Source: Nitrospinaceae bacterium (GTDB lineage Bacteria; Nitrospinota_A; UBA7883; JAJDBK01). From it: DNA of 32,000 nucleotides. The stretch is taken from the NCBI GenBank assembly GCA_029261405.1, contig JAJDBK010000005.1, positions 1 to 32,000 of the forward strand. The letters are read 5' to 3'. The first letter of the stretch is position 1, and every line of letters starts with the position of its first letter. The notes under the pieces were generated by a model. It worked only from the letters and a program-made list of their open reading frames with translations, made no database searches and had not been told where the DNA came from. Shown here in pieces: positions 13,697 to 23,775 of the stretch. The position numbers and the translations under genes are program-made.

Positions 13697-14264
13697 CCGT
13701 ATTCTTTTTATCCTCTTCGTTGTACAGCTTGATTACCTCTTCGGTTATATCAAGAGCCGGGTCCACATAAAAAACCACCGGACCGGTCAGGCTTGTTTTG
13801 GCGCCTTTGTCGATAATCAGGGAGAAACCGTTGTCTTTGCCATACTGCCTGGTTATTCTGGAGAGATCATTATAGATGTTGCGCATCGCCTTGCCCTGGG
13901 TGTCCTGTAGCTCTTTGGTGATGTCTTCACTGTAGAGTTTTAGCGCCCGTTTCAGACCGCGAACTTTTTTCTCTTTCGCTTCGAGGGTGTCTGGAAGCAT
14001 CATCATCCCCTTCTGGGTAACTTCCTTTTCGAGCGCCAGAATCTCTTCTTGTCTGGTCGAAAGCAGATCCCGCTCTTTCTGGGTCCGCGCCTTCATCTCC
14101 TCCAGGGTTCGTTTCACGGCGGTAGATTTGTCCAGAACACTCTGGATGTTGACACTACCTATTTTAATTTCCGCCGCCGAGGCCACGTCCCCCCCGCCAG
14201 GCGCATATGACACACCGAGGACGAAAGTCATGGTCATAACCGTAATAAAAACTATTTTCTTCAT
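13686..14264 (-). CDS. skp: Periplasmic chaperone Skp/OmpH
   Basis: I trimmed the 236-aa ORF to ATG 14264, which lies 6 nt after the bamA stop. This gives 192 aa with a signal peptide (MKKIVFITVMTMTFVLGVSYA). The body is a Lys/Glu/Gln-rich coiled coil typical of OmpH. The bamA-skp-lpxD order is canonical. Confidence 0.75.
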   Translation of the reverse strand: MKKIVFITVMTMTFVLGVSYAPGGGDVASAAEIKIGSVNIQSVLDKSTAVKRTLEEMKARTQKERDLLSTRQEEILALEKEVTQKGMMMLPDTLEAKEKKVRGLKRALKLYSEDITKELQDTQGKAMRNIYNDLSRITRQYGKDNGFSLIIDKGAKTSLTGPVVFYVDPALDITEEVIKLYNEEDKKNTGGK

Positions 14265-14269
14265 ACCTG

Positions 14270-16555
14270 TCAAAACGCTCCTCCAATAGTAAAATGAAAC
14301 TCGTTGGGCGATTCTCCGTATCGCTGGTCGAGTTTGAAACCGTATGCCATCGTAATGGGGCCCATAGGGGAAAAGAAATGGACTCCAAATCCCCAACTGT
14401 GCCTCATGTTTTCCAGATCGTAAAATTTGTCTGTGGTATTGTTCTGCATATCGTTTTCGCTGTAGACGTTACCGCGGTCATAGAAGAGGAATCCCCTGAA
14501 AAAACGGGAGAATCTGTATTGAAGTTCGAAGTTTAACTGGGCCACGGCTTCACCGCCGATAGCCTCTCCATTCTCGTCTAGCGGGCCAACGTCGCGGTAT
14601 GTAAAACCACGCAACGATCTTGGCCCCCCAAGAAAATAACGTTTCGAGATCGGAAGGGTTTTTTCTTCGTATCCACCTCCATAACCGAGTTTTCCGTGAA
14701 TCATGGCGACAAACTCTACCGGCAACGACTGATAGACAGTATATTCTCCAGTGACCTTGTAATAACGCTCTTCTCCACCGAACCCCGAGACTTCCGCCTT
14801 GCCATATATTTTCTGACCGGATGTCGGATTAAACGCATCGTTTCTGGAGTCGTATGTTATTGATGGGTAGAGGGAGCCAGATGTAGTTTCCCCCTCCTGC
14901 TCCCTAAGGAATATGCTGGCCACATCAGAATCGAAGATGGTTACATCGTTCTTTTCGTATCTGTAACCTATTCTGGCCCAGGTAAATTCGGAGAGGCCTC
15001 TGCCGGTACGAACCGAAGCGCCTGTACTTCTCGATTTGTAAGCGTCGTATTCGAAACTGTTGTTATATACCTCCCCATGACCGGAGAGTTCTCTGTCGAA
15101 GATTGCAGGTTCCGTAAAACCGATGGAAAAATCGGCGCGTCTGCTGGATGTGTCGAGAGTAACCGCCAGCTCCTGCCCCCGACCGAAAAGATTGGTCCAT
15201 TTCACCTGTCCTTGCAACAGAAGGTTTTCCACCGAGCTGTACCCGACCGAAAAAGAGAGCTGGCCTGTGTTTCGCTCCATCAGGTTGAGGTTCAGGTCGA
15301 TCAGGTCCTCTTCACGCCGCGACCTTTGCTCAACCTCGACGTTGTCAAAAAATCCGAGTTTGTTAACCCTGGTTCTGGTTCTTCTCAATTTCTCGGAGTT
15401 AAATAACTCTCCTTCCTGCAGGAGAAACTGCCTCCGGATAACCCGGTCTCTCGTCTCTTCGTTCCCCACAAAGCTGATTTTGCCGATATAGACTTTCCTG
15501 CCGTGGGAAACCTTGATCTTCATATTAACAACATTGCCATCGTCGTTGGCGCTGACCGATGGGATAACATTGGCAAAAGCGTATCCTTTACGCGAATAGA
15601 GATCGGTAATATCGAATATGTCCTGGCGAAACCGGCTACGGTTAAAAACATCCCCCTCTTCAAGATGGAGTTTTTCCCGCAATGTTTCGGCGCTGTAAAC
15701 TTCATCCCCTTCGACCTCTACTTCACCGACCCTATACCGCTCCCCCTCCTCTATGGGGAAAACCACATAGACCCGATTCTTTTCCCGGTCCACCTCCACC
15801 TCAGGTTCGCCGACCCTGATTTTTATGTAACCATTGTCGTGGTAGAACGACTCGATCCGCAGGCGGTCAGCCTTTAGCACATCTTTTTTATAAGCGCCGT
15901 CATCAGTAATAAACGAAGCTTTCCCGGCCGTATCAGTTTCGATAACTCCCCTTAAAACAGCGGGAGAAAAAGCCGCGATTCCCCGGAACCTGATCTGACT
16001 TATGGAGATTTTCTCTCCTTCGTCGATTATATATTCCACGTCTACCTGGTTACCCGGTATTTTGTGGACCACAATAGATACTTCTGAAAAGTAGAACCCC
16101 TTACTTCTGTAAAGCCCTTTTATTCTGCTCTTGTCCCAAGGTGTCCTGTCCTGCCGGAAAAACGCCCCCTTCATGGTTTTCACCTTGGCCTTGACCTTGA
16201 TCTCTTCCATCTCGTCGCTACCGGTGATGATGATGTCGCGAACAAACGGTTTTTCCCGGAATATATAGGTCAATACCAGCTTTTCGCCCATCTCTTCCAC
16301 ATCAATAACGATGTCATCGAAAAAACCGAGTTTGAAAATCCGGCGGATATCCTCCTGTACGGTGGCGGATTCAAATTTCTCGCCGACCTTGCTATGGATA
16401 TAGAAGCGGATAGTGTTCGAGTCGGCGCGTGAGAGTCCCTCCAACGCAATTTTCCCGACCGGTTTCCCGGTGTCAAAACCGAGAGCGATCACAGGGGTCA
16501 GGATCGTAAAGGCGAGGGCGAACAAGCTGATAGCTTTTGTCAACACGCTCATCAA
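14270..16555 (-). CDS. bamA: Outer membrane protein assembly factor BamA (5 POTRA + Omp85 beta-barrel)
   Basis: 761 aa with a signal peptide and repeated POTRA-like units (IRFRGIAAFS, ISFVGNEETRDRVIRRQF). The C-terminal barrel contains RYFLGGPRSLRGF and ends with the aromatic terminus TIGGAF. The start is TTG 16555 or ATG 16552. Confidence 0.9.
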   Translation of the reverse strand: MMSVLTKAISLFALAFTILTPVIALGFDTGKPVGKIALEGLSRADSNTIRFYIHSKVGEKFESATVQEDIRRIFKLGFFDDIVIDVEEMGEKLVLTYIFREKPFVRDIIITGSDEMEEIKVKAKVKTMKGAFFRQDRTPWDKSRIKGLYRSKGFYFSEVSIVVHKIPGNQVDVEYIIDEGEKISISQIRFRGIAAFSPAVLRGVIETDTAGKASFITDDGAYKKDVLKADRLRIESFYHDNGYIKIRVGEPEVEVDREKNRVYVVFPIEEGERYRVGEVEVEGDEVYSAETLREKLHLEEGDVFNRSRFRQDIFDITDLYSRKGYAFANVIPSVSANDDGNVVNMKIKVSHGRKVYIGKISFVGNEETRDRVIRRQFLLQEGELFNSEKLRRTRTRVNKLGFFDNVEVEQRSRREEDLIDLNLNLMERNTGQLSFSVGYSSVENLLLQGQVKWTNLFGRGQELAVTLDTSSRRADFSIGFTEPAIFDRELSGHGEVYNNSFEYDAYKSRSTGASVRTGRGLSEFTWARIGYRYEKNDVTIFDSDVASIFLREQEGETTSGSLYPSITYDSRNDAFNPTSGQKIYGKAEVSGFGGEERYYKVTGEYTVYQSLPVEFVAMIHGKLGYGGGYEEKTLPISKRYFLGGPRSLRGFTYRDVGPLDENGEAIGGEAVAQLNFELQYRFSRFFRGFLFYDRGNVYSENDMQNNTTDKFYDLENMRHSWGFGVHFFSPMGPITMAYGFKLDQRYGESPNEFHFTIGGAF

Positions 16556-16574
16556 GTAGTTTTTACAACCGTCA

Positions 16575-19010
16575 TCAGGCGCTGTTAACCAACGGGTTTC
16601 CTTCCAGGAAGATCAGTTCACCATTATCGAAACGAACCTGTATTACAGATCCTCGTTTGAATCTGCCCTTTAGCATCTCTTCGGAGAGAGGGTTTTCCAA
16701 CATACGCTGGATGGCGCGTTTTAGTGGTCGTGCGCCGTATTGCGGATCGAATCCCTCCTCGACAATATAACCCTTGGCGTCCTCATCCACCTCTATGTCG
16801 ATTCCCTCTTCCTTGAGCCGTTTGCCAAGCTCTTCAAGCTGTAGATCCACGATTTTCGTAATATTATCCTTATCTAGCCTGTGGAAAGTTACAATCTCAT
16901 CGATCCTGTTGAGAAACTCCGGGTTGAAGGTTCTTTTCAGTTCGTTCTTGATCTCGCTCTCCATTTTCTTATGGGCAAGCTCAGGCTGGTCCGGCTGGAA
17001 ACCTATGGTGGAGCCTTTTTCGACTATTCTGGCCGAGAGATTCGATGTCATAATAAGGATGACGTTTTTAAAACTGACATGCCGACCGTAGCTGTCGGTA
17101 AGCCTTCCGTCGTCCATTATCTGTAACAGCATATGGAAAATATCGCCGTGTGATTTTTCGATTTCATCGAGAAGAACGACCGAATAAGGGCGTCTGCGCA
17201 CTCTTTCGGTCAGTTGTCCCCCCTCTTCGTATCCGACATAACCGGGAGGGGCGCCAACGAGCTTGGACGCATTAAACTTCTCCATATACTCCGACATGTC
17301 CAGCCGTATGAGGGCGCTTCTGTCCCCAAAAAGGTATTCCGCCAGAATGTTCGCAAGCTCGGTCTTACCGACACCTGTAGGCCCGAGAAAAAGGAAAGTC
17401 CCCATCGGTTTATCAACTTCCCCCAATCCCATGCGGGAACGCCTGATCGCCTTGCATATCGCTTCGACGGCGCTGTCCTGTCCGAAAAGTTTTTTCCTTA
17501 ATTCGTCACCCATAACCTGGAGCCTTTTCGACTCCTCTTTTTCGATCCTGTTGAGCGGAATACCGGTGATCGACGAGACAACGTATGCAATATCCTCTTC
17601 GGAGACAATGGGCCTGCTCGTATCCTGCTCCTTCTCCCACTCTTCCCGTTTTTTGTCGAGGTCGAGGCGAAGCTCCTCTTCCTTGTCCCGCAATTCGACG
17701 GCGCCTTCAAACTCCTGCTTTTCGATCTTCTCTTTTTTGTCGGCGACGATCTCGTCGATCTTGTGCTGGAGCTGGCGCAGGTCAGGTGGAAAGGTAACCT
17801 TACGCAGATGCACACGGCTACCCGCTTCGTCGATAACGTCGATTGCCTTGTCCGGCAGGAACCGGTCGGCGATGTAGCGGTCAGACATCCTTACGGCGGC
17901 AATGATCGCTTCGTCGGTGATGATGGACTTATGGTGCGCTTCGTACTCGGATTTCAAACCACGGATGATGTCGATGGTCTCCTCAAGGCCGGGCGGTTGC
18001 ACAACAACAGGCTGGAACCTTCGTTCCAGAGCGCCGTTCTTTTCGATATATTTGCGGTATTCGTCGAGTGTGGTGGCGCCGATGCACTGGATCTCCCCTC
18101 GGGAGAGGGCGGGTTTAAGCATGTTTGACGCGTCCATGCTCCCTTCGGCGGCGCCCGCTCCGACGAGGGTGTGGATTTCGTCGATGAACAGGATCACGTT
18201 GGTCGATTGGGTGATCTCTTTCATAATCGCCTTGATTCGCTGTTCGAACTGGCCCCTGTATTTCGTTCCGGCTATTACCGCGCCAAGGTCGAGGCTGACG
18301 ACCTTTTTGTCGTAGAGCAGGTGGGGCACTTCGCGGGAGATTATCCGCTGGGAGAGCCCCTCCACAATGGCGGTCTTTCCCACTCCCGGCTCGCCGATGA
18401 GAACCGGGTTGTTTTTTGTCCTGCGGGCCAGGATCTGTATCACCCGCTCGATCTCCTTTTCGCGACCAATGACAGGGTCGAGTTTCCCCTTGATCGCCAT
18501 TTCAGTAAGATCCCTGCCGAACTCGTCGAGGGCTGGTGTTTTAGACTGTTGTTTCTCCGTGGCTGGGTTGGATGGCTCGCGCAGAAGGTTGATGGTCTGC
18601 TCACGGACGTCGGCGTAGGTAATTCCAAGGGCGTTTAACACCCGAGCGCCTACGCCATCCTTTTCCCGCATCAAACCAAGCAGGAGGTGTTCCGTTCCGA
18701 TGTAGCTGTGACCCATGGAGCGGGCCTCCTCCACAGAATACTCCAGAACCTTCTTGGCGCGGCTGGTAAAGGGGATATCGCCGATAATAAGAGTGTTGGA
18801 GCTTGCGGGCATATTCCGTTCCACTTCCAGACGCACCTTTTTCAGATCGACGCTCAACCGTTGCAATACGGCGATGGCAACACCACCTGCGTCTTTTAGT
18901 ACACCAAGAAGAAGATGCTCCGTTCCGAGATATTCGTGCTGGTTCTTCTCCGCCTCTTCGCGGGCCAGAATAATTACCTTGCGGGCTCGTTCCGTAAATC
19001 GTTTAAACAT
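16575..19010 (-). CDS. clpC: Class I Clp/Hsp100 AAA+ unfoldase, ClpC-type
   Basis: 811 aa. It has a duplicated Clp_N repeat ([17 protein letters not shown]...[10 protein letters not shown] and [11 protein letters not shown]). There are two Walker A sites (GEPGVGKT and GPTGVGKT). A short UVR-like middle domain ([17 protein letters not shown]) fits ClpC rather than the long ClpB M-domain. An IGF-type ClpP-docking loop is present (GSTIGFQP). Confidence 0.9.
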   Translation of the reverse strand: MFKRFTERARKVIILAREEAEKNQHEYLGTEHLLLGVLKDAGGVAIAVLQRLSVDLKKVRLEVERNMPASSNTLIIGDIPFTSRAKKVLEYSVEEARSMGHSYIGTEHLLLGLMREKDGVGARVLNALGITYADVREQTINLLREPSNPATEKQQSKTPALDEFGRDLTEMAIKGKLDPVIGREKEIERVIQILARRTKNNPVLIGEPGVGKTAIVEGLSQRIISREVPHLLYDKKVVSLDLGAVIAGTKYRGQFEQRIKAIMKEITQSTNVILFIDEIHTLVGAGAAEGSMDASNMLKPALSRGEIQCIGATTLDEYRKYIEKNGALERRFQPVVVQPPGLEETIDIIRGLKSEYEAHHKSIITDEAIIAAVRMSDRYIADRFLPDKAIDVIDEAGSRVHLRKVTFPPDLRQLQHKIDEIVADKKEKIEKQEFEGAVELRDKEEELRLDLDKKREEWEKEQDTSRPIVSEEDIAYVVSSITGIPLNRIEKEESKRLQVMGDELRKKLFGQDSAVEAICKAIRRSRMGLGEVDKPMGTFLFLGPTGVGKTELANILAEYLFGDRSALIRLDMSEYMEKFNASKLVGAPPGYVGYEEGGQLTERVRRRPYSVVLLDEIEKSHGDIFHMLLQIMDDGRLTDSYGRHVSFKNVILIMTSNLSARIVEKGSTIGFQPDQPELAHKKMESEIKNELKRTFNPEFLNRIDEIVTFHRLDKDNITKIVDLQLEELGKRLKEEGIDIEVDEDAKGYIVEEGFDPQYGARPLKRAIQRMLENPLSEEMLKGRFKRGSVIQVRFDNGELIFLEGNPLVNSA

Positions 19011-19121
19011 GTATAAGTCTCACAATATCAGCCATAGCGGTCTGCGAGGCGAAAATACCCGCCCGCTCCCAAACTTCATCTGGCGCTAAAGCCCGGATTG
19101 TTAAATGCGTCATAAACATCG

Positions 19122-19820
19122 TCATTCTAGCATATCATCGGAAAAGTCTACAATCTTGCCGTCTTTAATGCGAACGACTTTCTCCATTCTTTTCATCAGC
19201 GCCGGATTATGGGTGACCACAACAAAGGCCGTCCCTGTTTCCCGGTTCAGATCCATCAGAAGATCAAAGACCTCATCACCTGTTTTCGTGTCGAGGTTGC
19301 CTGTCGGTTCGTCAGCTAACATCAGGTCCGGTTCGTTTACGAGCGCTCTTGCGATGGCGACTCTCTGTTGTTCGCCCCCAGAGAGCTTTCCGGGCCTGTG
19401 TGTTACACGGTGTGACAACCCTACCTTTGCAAGCAGACTACCGGCAAGCTCCAGCGCCTCCTTCTTGCTCTTTCCTGCGATCATGGCGGGAAGGGCCACG
19501 TTTTCGATGGCGTTGAACTCCGGCAGGAGCATGTGCGCCTGAAAAACGTAACCGATCCGCCAGGAGCGGAATCGGGCGAGTCGGGTCTCATCCATACCGA
19601 TGATATCCACACCGTCATAGAGAACCTTCCCGCTGGTAGGCCGGTCAAGCCCTCCCATGGAGTGAAGAAGTGTTGTTTTACCCGCCCCGGAGGCTCCCAC
19701 CAGACCGACAACCTCTCCACGGTTCACGGTAAGGCAGACCGAATCGAGAACGGTAATCAAACCTTCATCCACAACGAAAGTGCGGGTGACATCCAAAACT
19801 TCAAGAAACGGATGTTCCAT
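19122..19820 (-). CDS. lolD: Lipoprotein-releasing ABC transporter ATP-binding protein LolD
   Basis: 232 aa with Walker A GASGAGKTT, signature LSGGEQQRVAIARAL and Walker B LMLADEPTGNLD. It lies in an operon with a LolC/E-type permease. Confidence 0.85.
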   Translation of the reverse strand: MEHPFLEVLDVTRTFVVDEGLITVLDSVCLTVNRGEVVGLVGASGAGKTTLLHSMGGLDRPTSGKVLYDGVDIIGMDETRLARFRSWRIGYVFQAHMLLPEFNAIENVALPAMIAGKSKKEALELAGSLLAKVGLSHRVTHRPGKLSGGEQQRVAIARALVNEPDLMLADEPTGNLDTKTGDEVFDLLMDLNRETGTAFVVVTHNPALMKRMEKVVRIKDGKIVDFSDDMLE

Positions 19821-19823
19821 CCC

Positions 19824-20414
19824 CTACCCTCCCAAACCGGCGATGGCAGCGCCGGAGAATAGCGGAATCGAAAAATTGTCGTCCAGCCTCCCTGAAAACG
19901 CTTCGGCAAGGGTGGCTGTAAAGGCGCCTGTGAGCATTGCCGACAGGCTGAAATCGGCGAGAGTCAAGCCCACAAGAACGCAGACAGCGAACATCGTTGC
20001 GCTTCCTTCAAGACTTCTGCCATTGGCAAACCGTATTTTCCCGAACCGTTTCCCGATAACAGCGGCTGAAGGATCGCCGAAAGCCAGAAAAAAGAGGACC
20101 ACCGAAGCTGTCACCGGTTGAAAAAAGAGGAGTGTCAGAAACGATCCGACCAGAAGAAACGACGTGCCGGTATAACCCTCAGACTCTCTGGTCTTCATGA
20201 GAAAAGAGAGGTTACGAACAAAAAATTCGTTTACAGCTTTCGACCGTAACCGCAAAGTGTCGAAGGTTATCCATATCAGCGCCGCCACACCTGTAACCAG
20301 TAGCGTGACATCATCTCTTACCAGGTCGAAATAGTGTACCGTCGGAATAATCGACGCTCCGGTGACATGGAATATCTTTCGCGGCCAGTGGGAGTCGATC
20401 AACAGCTCGTTCAT
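19824..20414 (-). CDS. Polytopic membrane protein of the CTP-dependent polyprenol/diacylglycerol kinase - CDP-diglyceride synthase superfamily (CTP_transf_1-like)
   Basis: 196 aa with about 6 TM segments. The N-terminus has RKIFHVTG. The C-terminal signature FGDPSAAVIGKRFGKIRFANGRSLEGSATMF resembles the GDxxAxxxGxxxGK...K(S/T)xEG motif of dolichol/phytol kinases and CdsA relatives. This assignment is by hand only. Confidence 0.55.
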   Translation of the reverse strand: MNELLIDSHWPRKIFHVTGASIIPTVHYFDLVRDDVTLLVTGVAALIWITFDTLRLRSKAVNEFFVRNLSFLMKTRESEGYTGTSFLLVGSFLTLLFFQPVTASVVLFFLAFGDPSAAVIGKRFGKIRFANGRSLEGSATMFAVCVLVGLTLADFSLSAMLTGAFTATLAEAFSGRLDDNFSIPLFSGAAIAGLGG

Positions 20415-20417
20415 GAT

Positions 20418-21692
20418 CTATTCGTATCGCAGAGTCTCAGCCGGGTCGAGCCGGGATGCGGACCATGCGGGATATATCGTGGCGAGAACCGTCACAAGCA
20501 AAGCCAGCGCCGATACTATCGCCACATCGGAAAACTGCATCAGAACAGGCAGGGTGGTGAGATTGTATACATCTTCGGGCAACTTTATAAACTGGTACCT
20601 CTTGAGCAACTGGCCCAGCGCAACACCACCAGCAACCCCCAAAGCCGTCCCGGAACAACCTATTATCATGCCTTCGAGAAAAAAGATTCGCATGATGCTT
20701 TTCGGGCTGGCGCCCATGGCTTTTAATATGGCGATATCTTTCGTTTTCTCCATGACAACCATGATGAGGGTGGAGACGATATTAAAAGCCGCCACACAGA
20801 CAATCAGGGCGAGAATTACACCGAGAGCCACCTTTTCGAGTTTCAACGCAAAAAAGAGGTTTCTGTTCAGCTCACGCCAATCCCGGACAATGAAAGGGTA
20901 AGAGAGCTGTTCCCGGATAACGTCAGACACCTCACCTGAACGGTAGACATCTTCGATTTTCACCTCAACTCCGGTCACCTTATCCCCCATTTTGAAGAGC
21001 GACTGGGCCTGGGTTAGTGAAATGAGGGCCAATGAGGCGTCGTATTCATACATGCCGGAGCTGAAGATACCGGAGATGTAATACTCCCGTGAAACGGGAA
21101 CCATTCCCCCCGGAGTGGTGTTCCCCACAGGGCTTACCACAGTCAGCGGGTCTCCCATGCCGACCCGGAGCTGACCGGCCAGCTCTTTACCCACAACGAT
21201 ACCGGCTCTGCGTTGTTCCACCGGCACACCCAGATCATCCGGGGCGACCAGAACCCTGGCGTACTTTTCCTGAAGATGCTCCAGCATTCCTTCTATCATG
21301 TATGAGGCGAGATCGGTCGATTTTGCCACAGGATCGACCTCGATTCCCCGCAGGACAACCCCGGTTACATTACTTGCGGAACTTAACATCACCTGTTTGT
21401 AGATGAAAGGAGAGGCGGCGATAACGCCATTCCGCTTTTTTGCGATGTTTACGACGTTATCCGGCTCGGTAAAACCGCCACCACCCATCCTCGTAATCAG
21501 TATGTGGGAGTTTGCCCCCAGAATCTTTCCTTTCAGGTCCTCCTGGGCGCCTGTCATTACCGCAAGCACCACTATCAGGGCGCAGACTCCTATGGCGACC
21601 CCGCCTATCGATATCCAGGTTATAAGCGAGATAAAGGTCTGTTTTCTCTTGGCCTTGAGATAGCGTAAGCTGATGAACCATTCGTAAGACAT
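20418..21692 (-). CDS. lolC: Lipoprotein-releasing ABC transporter permease LolC/E family
   Basis: 424 aa. The typical N-terminus is MSYEWFISLRYLKAKRKQTFISLITWISIGGVAIGV. A large periplasmic loop and a C-terminal FtsX-type 3-TM bundle follow. The protein ends LRYE. Confidence 0.85.
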   Translation of the reverse strand: MSYEWFISLRYLKAKRKQTFISLITWISIGGVAIGVCALIVVLAVMTGAQEDLKGKILGANSHILITRMGGGGFTEPDNVVNIAKKRNGVIAASPFIYKQVMLSSASNVTGVVLRGIEVDPVAKSTDLASYMIEGMLEHLQEKYARVLVAPDDLGVPVEQRRAGIVVGKELAGQLRVGMGDPLTVVSPVGNTTPGGMVPVSREYYISGIFSSGMYEYDASLALISLTQAQSLFKMGDKVTGVEVKIEDVYRSGEVSDVIREQLSYPFIVRDWRELNRNLFFALKLEKVALGVILALIVCVAAFNIVSTLIMVVMEKTKDIAILKAMGASPKSIMRIFFLEGMIIGCSGTALGVAGGVALGQLLKRYQFIKLPEDVYNLTTLPVLMQFSDVAIVSALALLVTVLATIYPAWSASRLDPAETLRYE

Positions 21693-21755
21693 TTTTTATC
21701 GGGCGATCCTGCGGTTTTTCAATAGCAATTTCATTGTTACGGACAATATGGATAG

Positions 21756-22430
21756 TTATTTAATACCGGTGGTTTCATCGTTGAGTCTTCTGAAAAACCG
21801 TTCCATAAACCGGTGGCGTTCAAGGGCTATCTGCCGTCCTGATCGGGTAAGTATCCGCTCATGCAGATGTTTCAGTTTCACCAGATATTCCCGGTAGGCG
21901 GTGTCGTCGTAACCGTAAGCCTCTGTCTCTTCAGGGTCAACATCGGGGTCGTGAAGTCGCGCTCCGATCTCCCCTGCGAACTGAAACGCTCTCCCGATAC
22001 CAACAGCGCCGATGGAGTCGAGTTTGTCCGCATCATAAAGAACCATCGCCTCCCTTGTCTCAGGACTTACCCCGTCACGAAACCTGTGGGAAGCCACGCA
22101 GTGGGTGATAGCCTCTATCGAGTCTGAATCAAAACCCTCCCGTTCCAGAATGGACCTTGTAATGACGCCACCCACTTTTGCGTGGCAACGGGCGCCATTC
22201 TCCTCGTCACACTCTTTTCTACCGATATCGTGCAACAGAGCGCCGGAAAGCAGGATTGTCATGTCGCACTTCTCCAATGGGCCAATTTTCTGGCAGAGCC
22301 TGTAAACGCGGACAACATGGTCCCAGCCGTGCGATCCTCTCGAATCCACAAAATAGCTCCTGGCTATCGACTCTATGCGGGCAAGCGACCCGTCTTTAAT
22401 ACAATTGATGTCCACTGGCGTTGATGTCAT
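21756..22430 (-). CDS. HD-domain metal-dependent phosphohydrolase
   Basis: 224 aa with GSHGWDHVVRV (His), LLHDIGR (the HD dyad), and a later HR...DADKLD. The substrate is unknown. Confidence 0.75.
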   Translation of the reverse strand: MTSTPVDINCIKDGSLARIESIARSYFVDSRGSHGWDHVVRVYRLCQKIGPLEKCDMTILLSGALLHDIGRKECDEENGARCHAKVGGVITRSILEREGFDSDSIEAITHCVASHRFRDGVSPETREAMVLYDADKLDSIGAVGIGRAFQFAGEIGARLHDPDVDPEETEAYGYDDTAYREYLVKLKHLHERILTRSGRQIALERHRFMERFFRRLNDETTGIK

Positions 22431-22489
22431 CAGATATCCTCGGTCTTTTTCTATTCAGCCGGTTATAATAACATCTTTATTTTGAAAGG

Positions 22490-22864
22490 ATGTTGCGGAT
22501 GCGTCTACCCCTCTTTCTCCTGCTCGCCTTTGCCCTGACCACGTTTCAAGTTTTAGCGGAAGAAGATAAAGGAACGATGGAGAAGGCTGGCGCCTACATA
22601 GACAAAACCGTCGAAGGCGCCAAGGAATTCCTGAGCGACACCACCCTCACGGCCCGGGTGAAAAAGAGGCTCTACGATGATGAAAAAACCGATAGCGGCC
22701 AGTTGAAGATCACCACCGACCATGGAACAGTTCTGGTGGAGGGAGAGGTCAGGTCGGAGGATATGGCCCGGAGAGTCATAGCCATCGTCAAAGCCACCGA
22801 AGGAGTAATGAAAACGGAAAACCGTCTCGTTATCCTGACCGGAACACCTTCACAGATAAAATAA
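22490..22864 (+). CDS. Secreted BON-domain protein (OsmY-like)
   Basis: 124 aa with a signal peptide (MRLPLFLLLAFALTTFQVLA). A single BON-like domain is present (TARVKKRLYDD...ITTDHGTVLVEGEVRSEDMARRVIAIVKATEGV). The start may be ATG 22499, which has AAGGA 9 nt upstream. Confidence 0.7.
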   Translation: MLRMRLPLFLLLAFALTTFQVLAEEDKGTMEKAGAYIDKTVEGAKEFLSDTTLTARVKKRLYDDEKTDSGQLKITTDHGTVLVEGEVRSEDMARRVIAIVKATEGVMKTENRLVILTGTPSQIK

Positions 22865-22876
22865 AGCGGGCTGGTT

Positions 22877-23770
22877 TCAGCAACCTGAGTTCAGTCTGCC
22901 GACAATATCGTTTATCGCATCGTCCGCGTCATCTCTGAAAACCCGGCACGATCCTGCGCCAACATGTCCCCCGCCACCATATTCGGCCATGAGGTTTCCG
23001 ACATCTACTCCGCATGTGCGATTGATAACACTATGCCCCACGGCGATAGTCACATGTTTACGGTCGGGGGTGTAGAAAACCCTGGCGGAGACGTTCGCGG
23101 ATGGATACAAGGCGTACACGAGGAACCTGCTTCCGACGGGCGCTTCAGGGAGGGAACGAAAATCGGTCAGCACCACCTTCCCCTCCATTCTGGAATTCTC
23201 CTTGACCATCTCCTGGAACTTGCCATATTGCCGGACATATTCGTCGATACGCCGATGAACATCCTCGATCTCCAGAATATCCTGAATGGGATAGGCTTTT
23301 ATCCACTCGATAAGTTGCATGAAATATCCACGGGAAGGGATAAAACCGGTCCTAGGATCGACCGTATTGGCCAATCTCACCCAACCTTCAGGGCGAAGGA
23401 TGTCGTTCAGGGAGAGCATTGCGGAGTCGATTTTATCGACAGCCACCATCAGGTCGCGGTATTTGTCGCTCCATTCGGGTAGCGCGTAATATTCGAAAAC
23501 CAGCCGGGCGCACGATGGCGCCAGGCCATATTTACCCTTGAAAGAATCTGGTCGGGACCCGCGATCCTGCTCCGAGACATGATGGTCGAACCATATTCCG
23601 CAGTCGCTATGGTAAGGGAGGTTGACGACTATGTCTTCAGAACTTACTTCCACCTCCCGGTCCTGCACGGCTTTCGGATGCGCGAAACGAACCTCCGAAA
23701 TCGACTCCGCCTCCGTAATCAGAACGGCGCAGACAAGCCCGTCAAAATCCCCTCTCGTCAAAATCCTCAT
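22877..23770 (-). CDS. DHH/DHHA1-family phosphoesterase
   Basis: The N-terminus has DFDGLVCA (motif I/II-like Asp pair), followed by the DHH motif in GIWFDHHV and a DHHA1-type GGGGHVGAGS near the C-terminus. I prefer ATG 23770, which has GAGGAG 8 nt upstream inside the purE 3' end. The ORF track begins at GTG 23779. Confidence 0.7.
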   Translation of the reverse strand: MRILTRGDFDGLVCAVLITEAESISEVRFAHPKAVQDREVEVSSEDIVVNLPYHSDCGIWFDHHVSEQDRGSRPDSFKGKYGLAPSCARLVFEYYALPEWSDKYRDLMVAVDKIDSAMLSLNDILRPEGWVRLANTVDPRTGFIPSRGYFMQLIEWIKAYPIQDILEIEDVHRRIDEYVRQYGKFQEMVKENSRMEGKVVLTDFRSLPEAPVGSRFLVYALYPSANVSARVFYTPDRKHVTIAVGHSVINRTCGVDVGNLMAEYGGGGHVGAGSCRVFRDDADDAINDIVGRLNSGC

Positions 23771-23775
23771 CGATT

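Noticed and set aside
13686-14396. Full 236-aa ORF as the skp gene
   Set aside because: The first 44 codons overlap the bamA 3' end and encode no signal peptide. The internal ATG at 14264 gives a canonical signal peptide 6 nt after the bamA stop, so I used the shorter model.
19011-19121. Heat-shock (sigma32-type or CtsR-type) control region upstream of clpC
   Set aside because: I found no CtsR direct repeat (GGTCAAA-type) and no convincing CTTGAAA/CCCCAT pair, only loose partial matches (GAAGTT ... GGGTATTTT).
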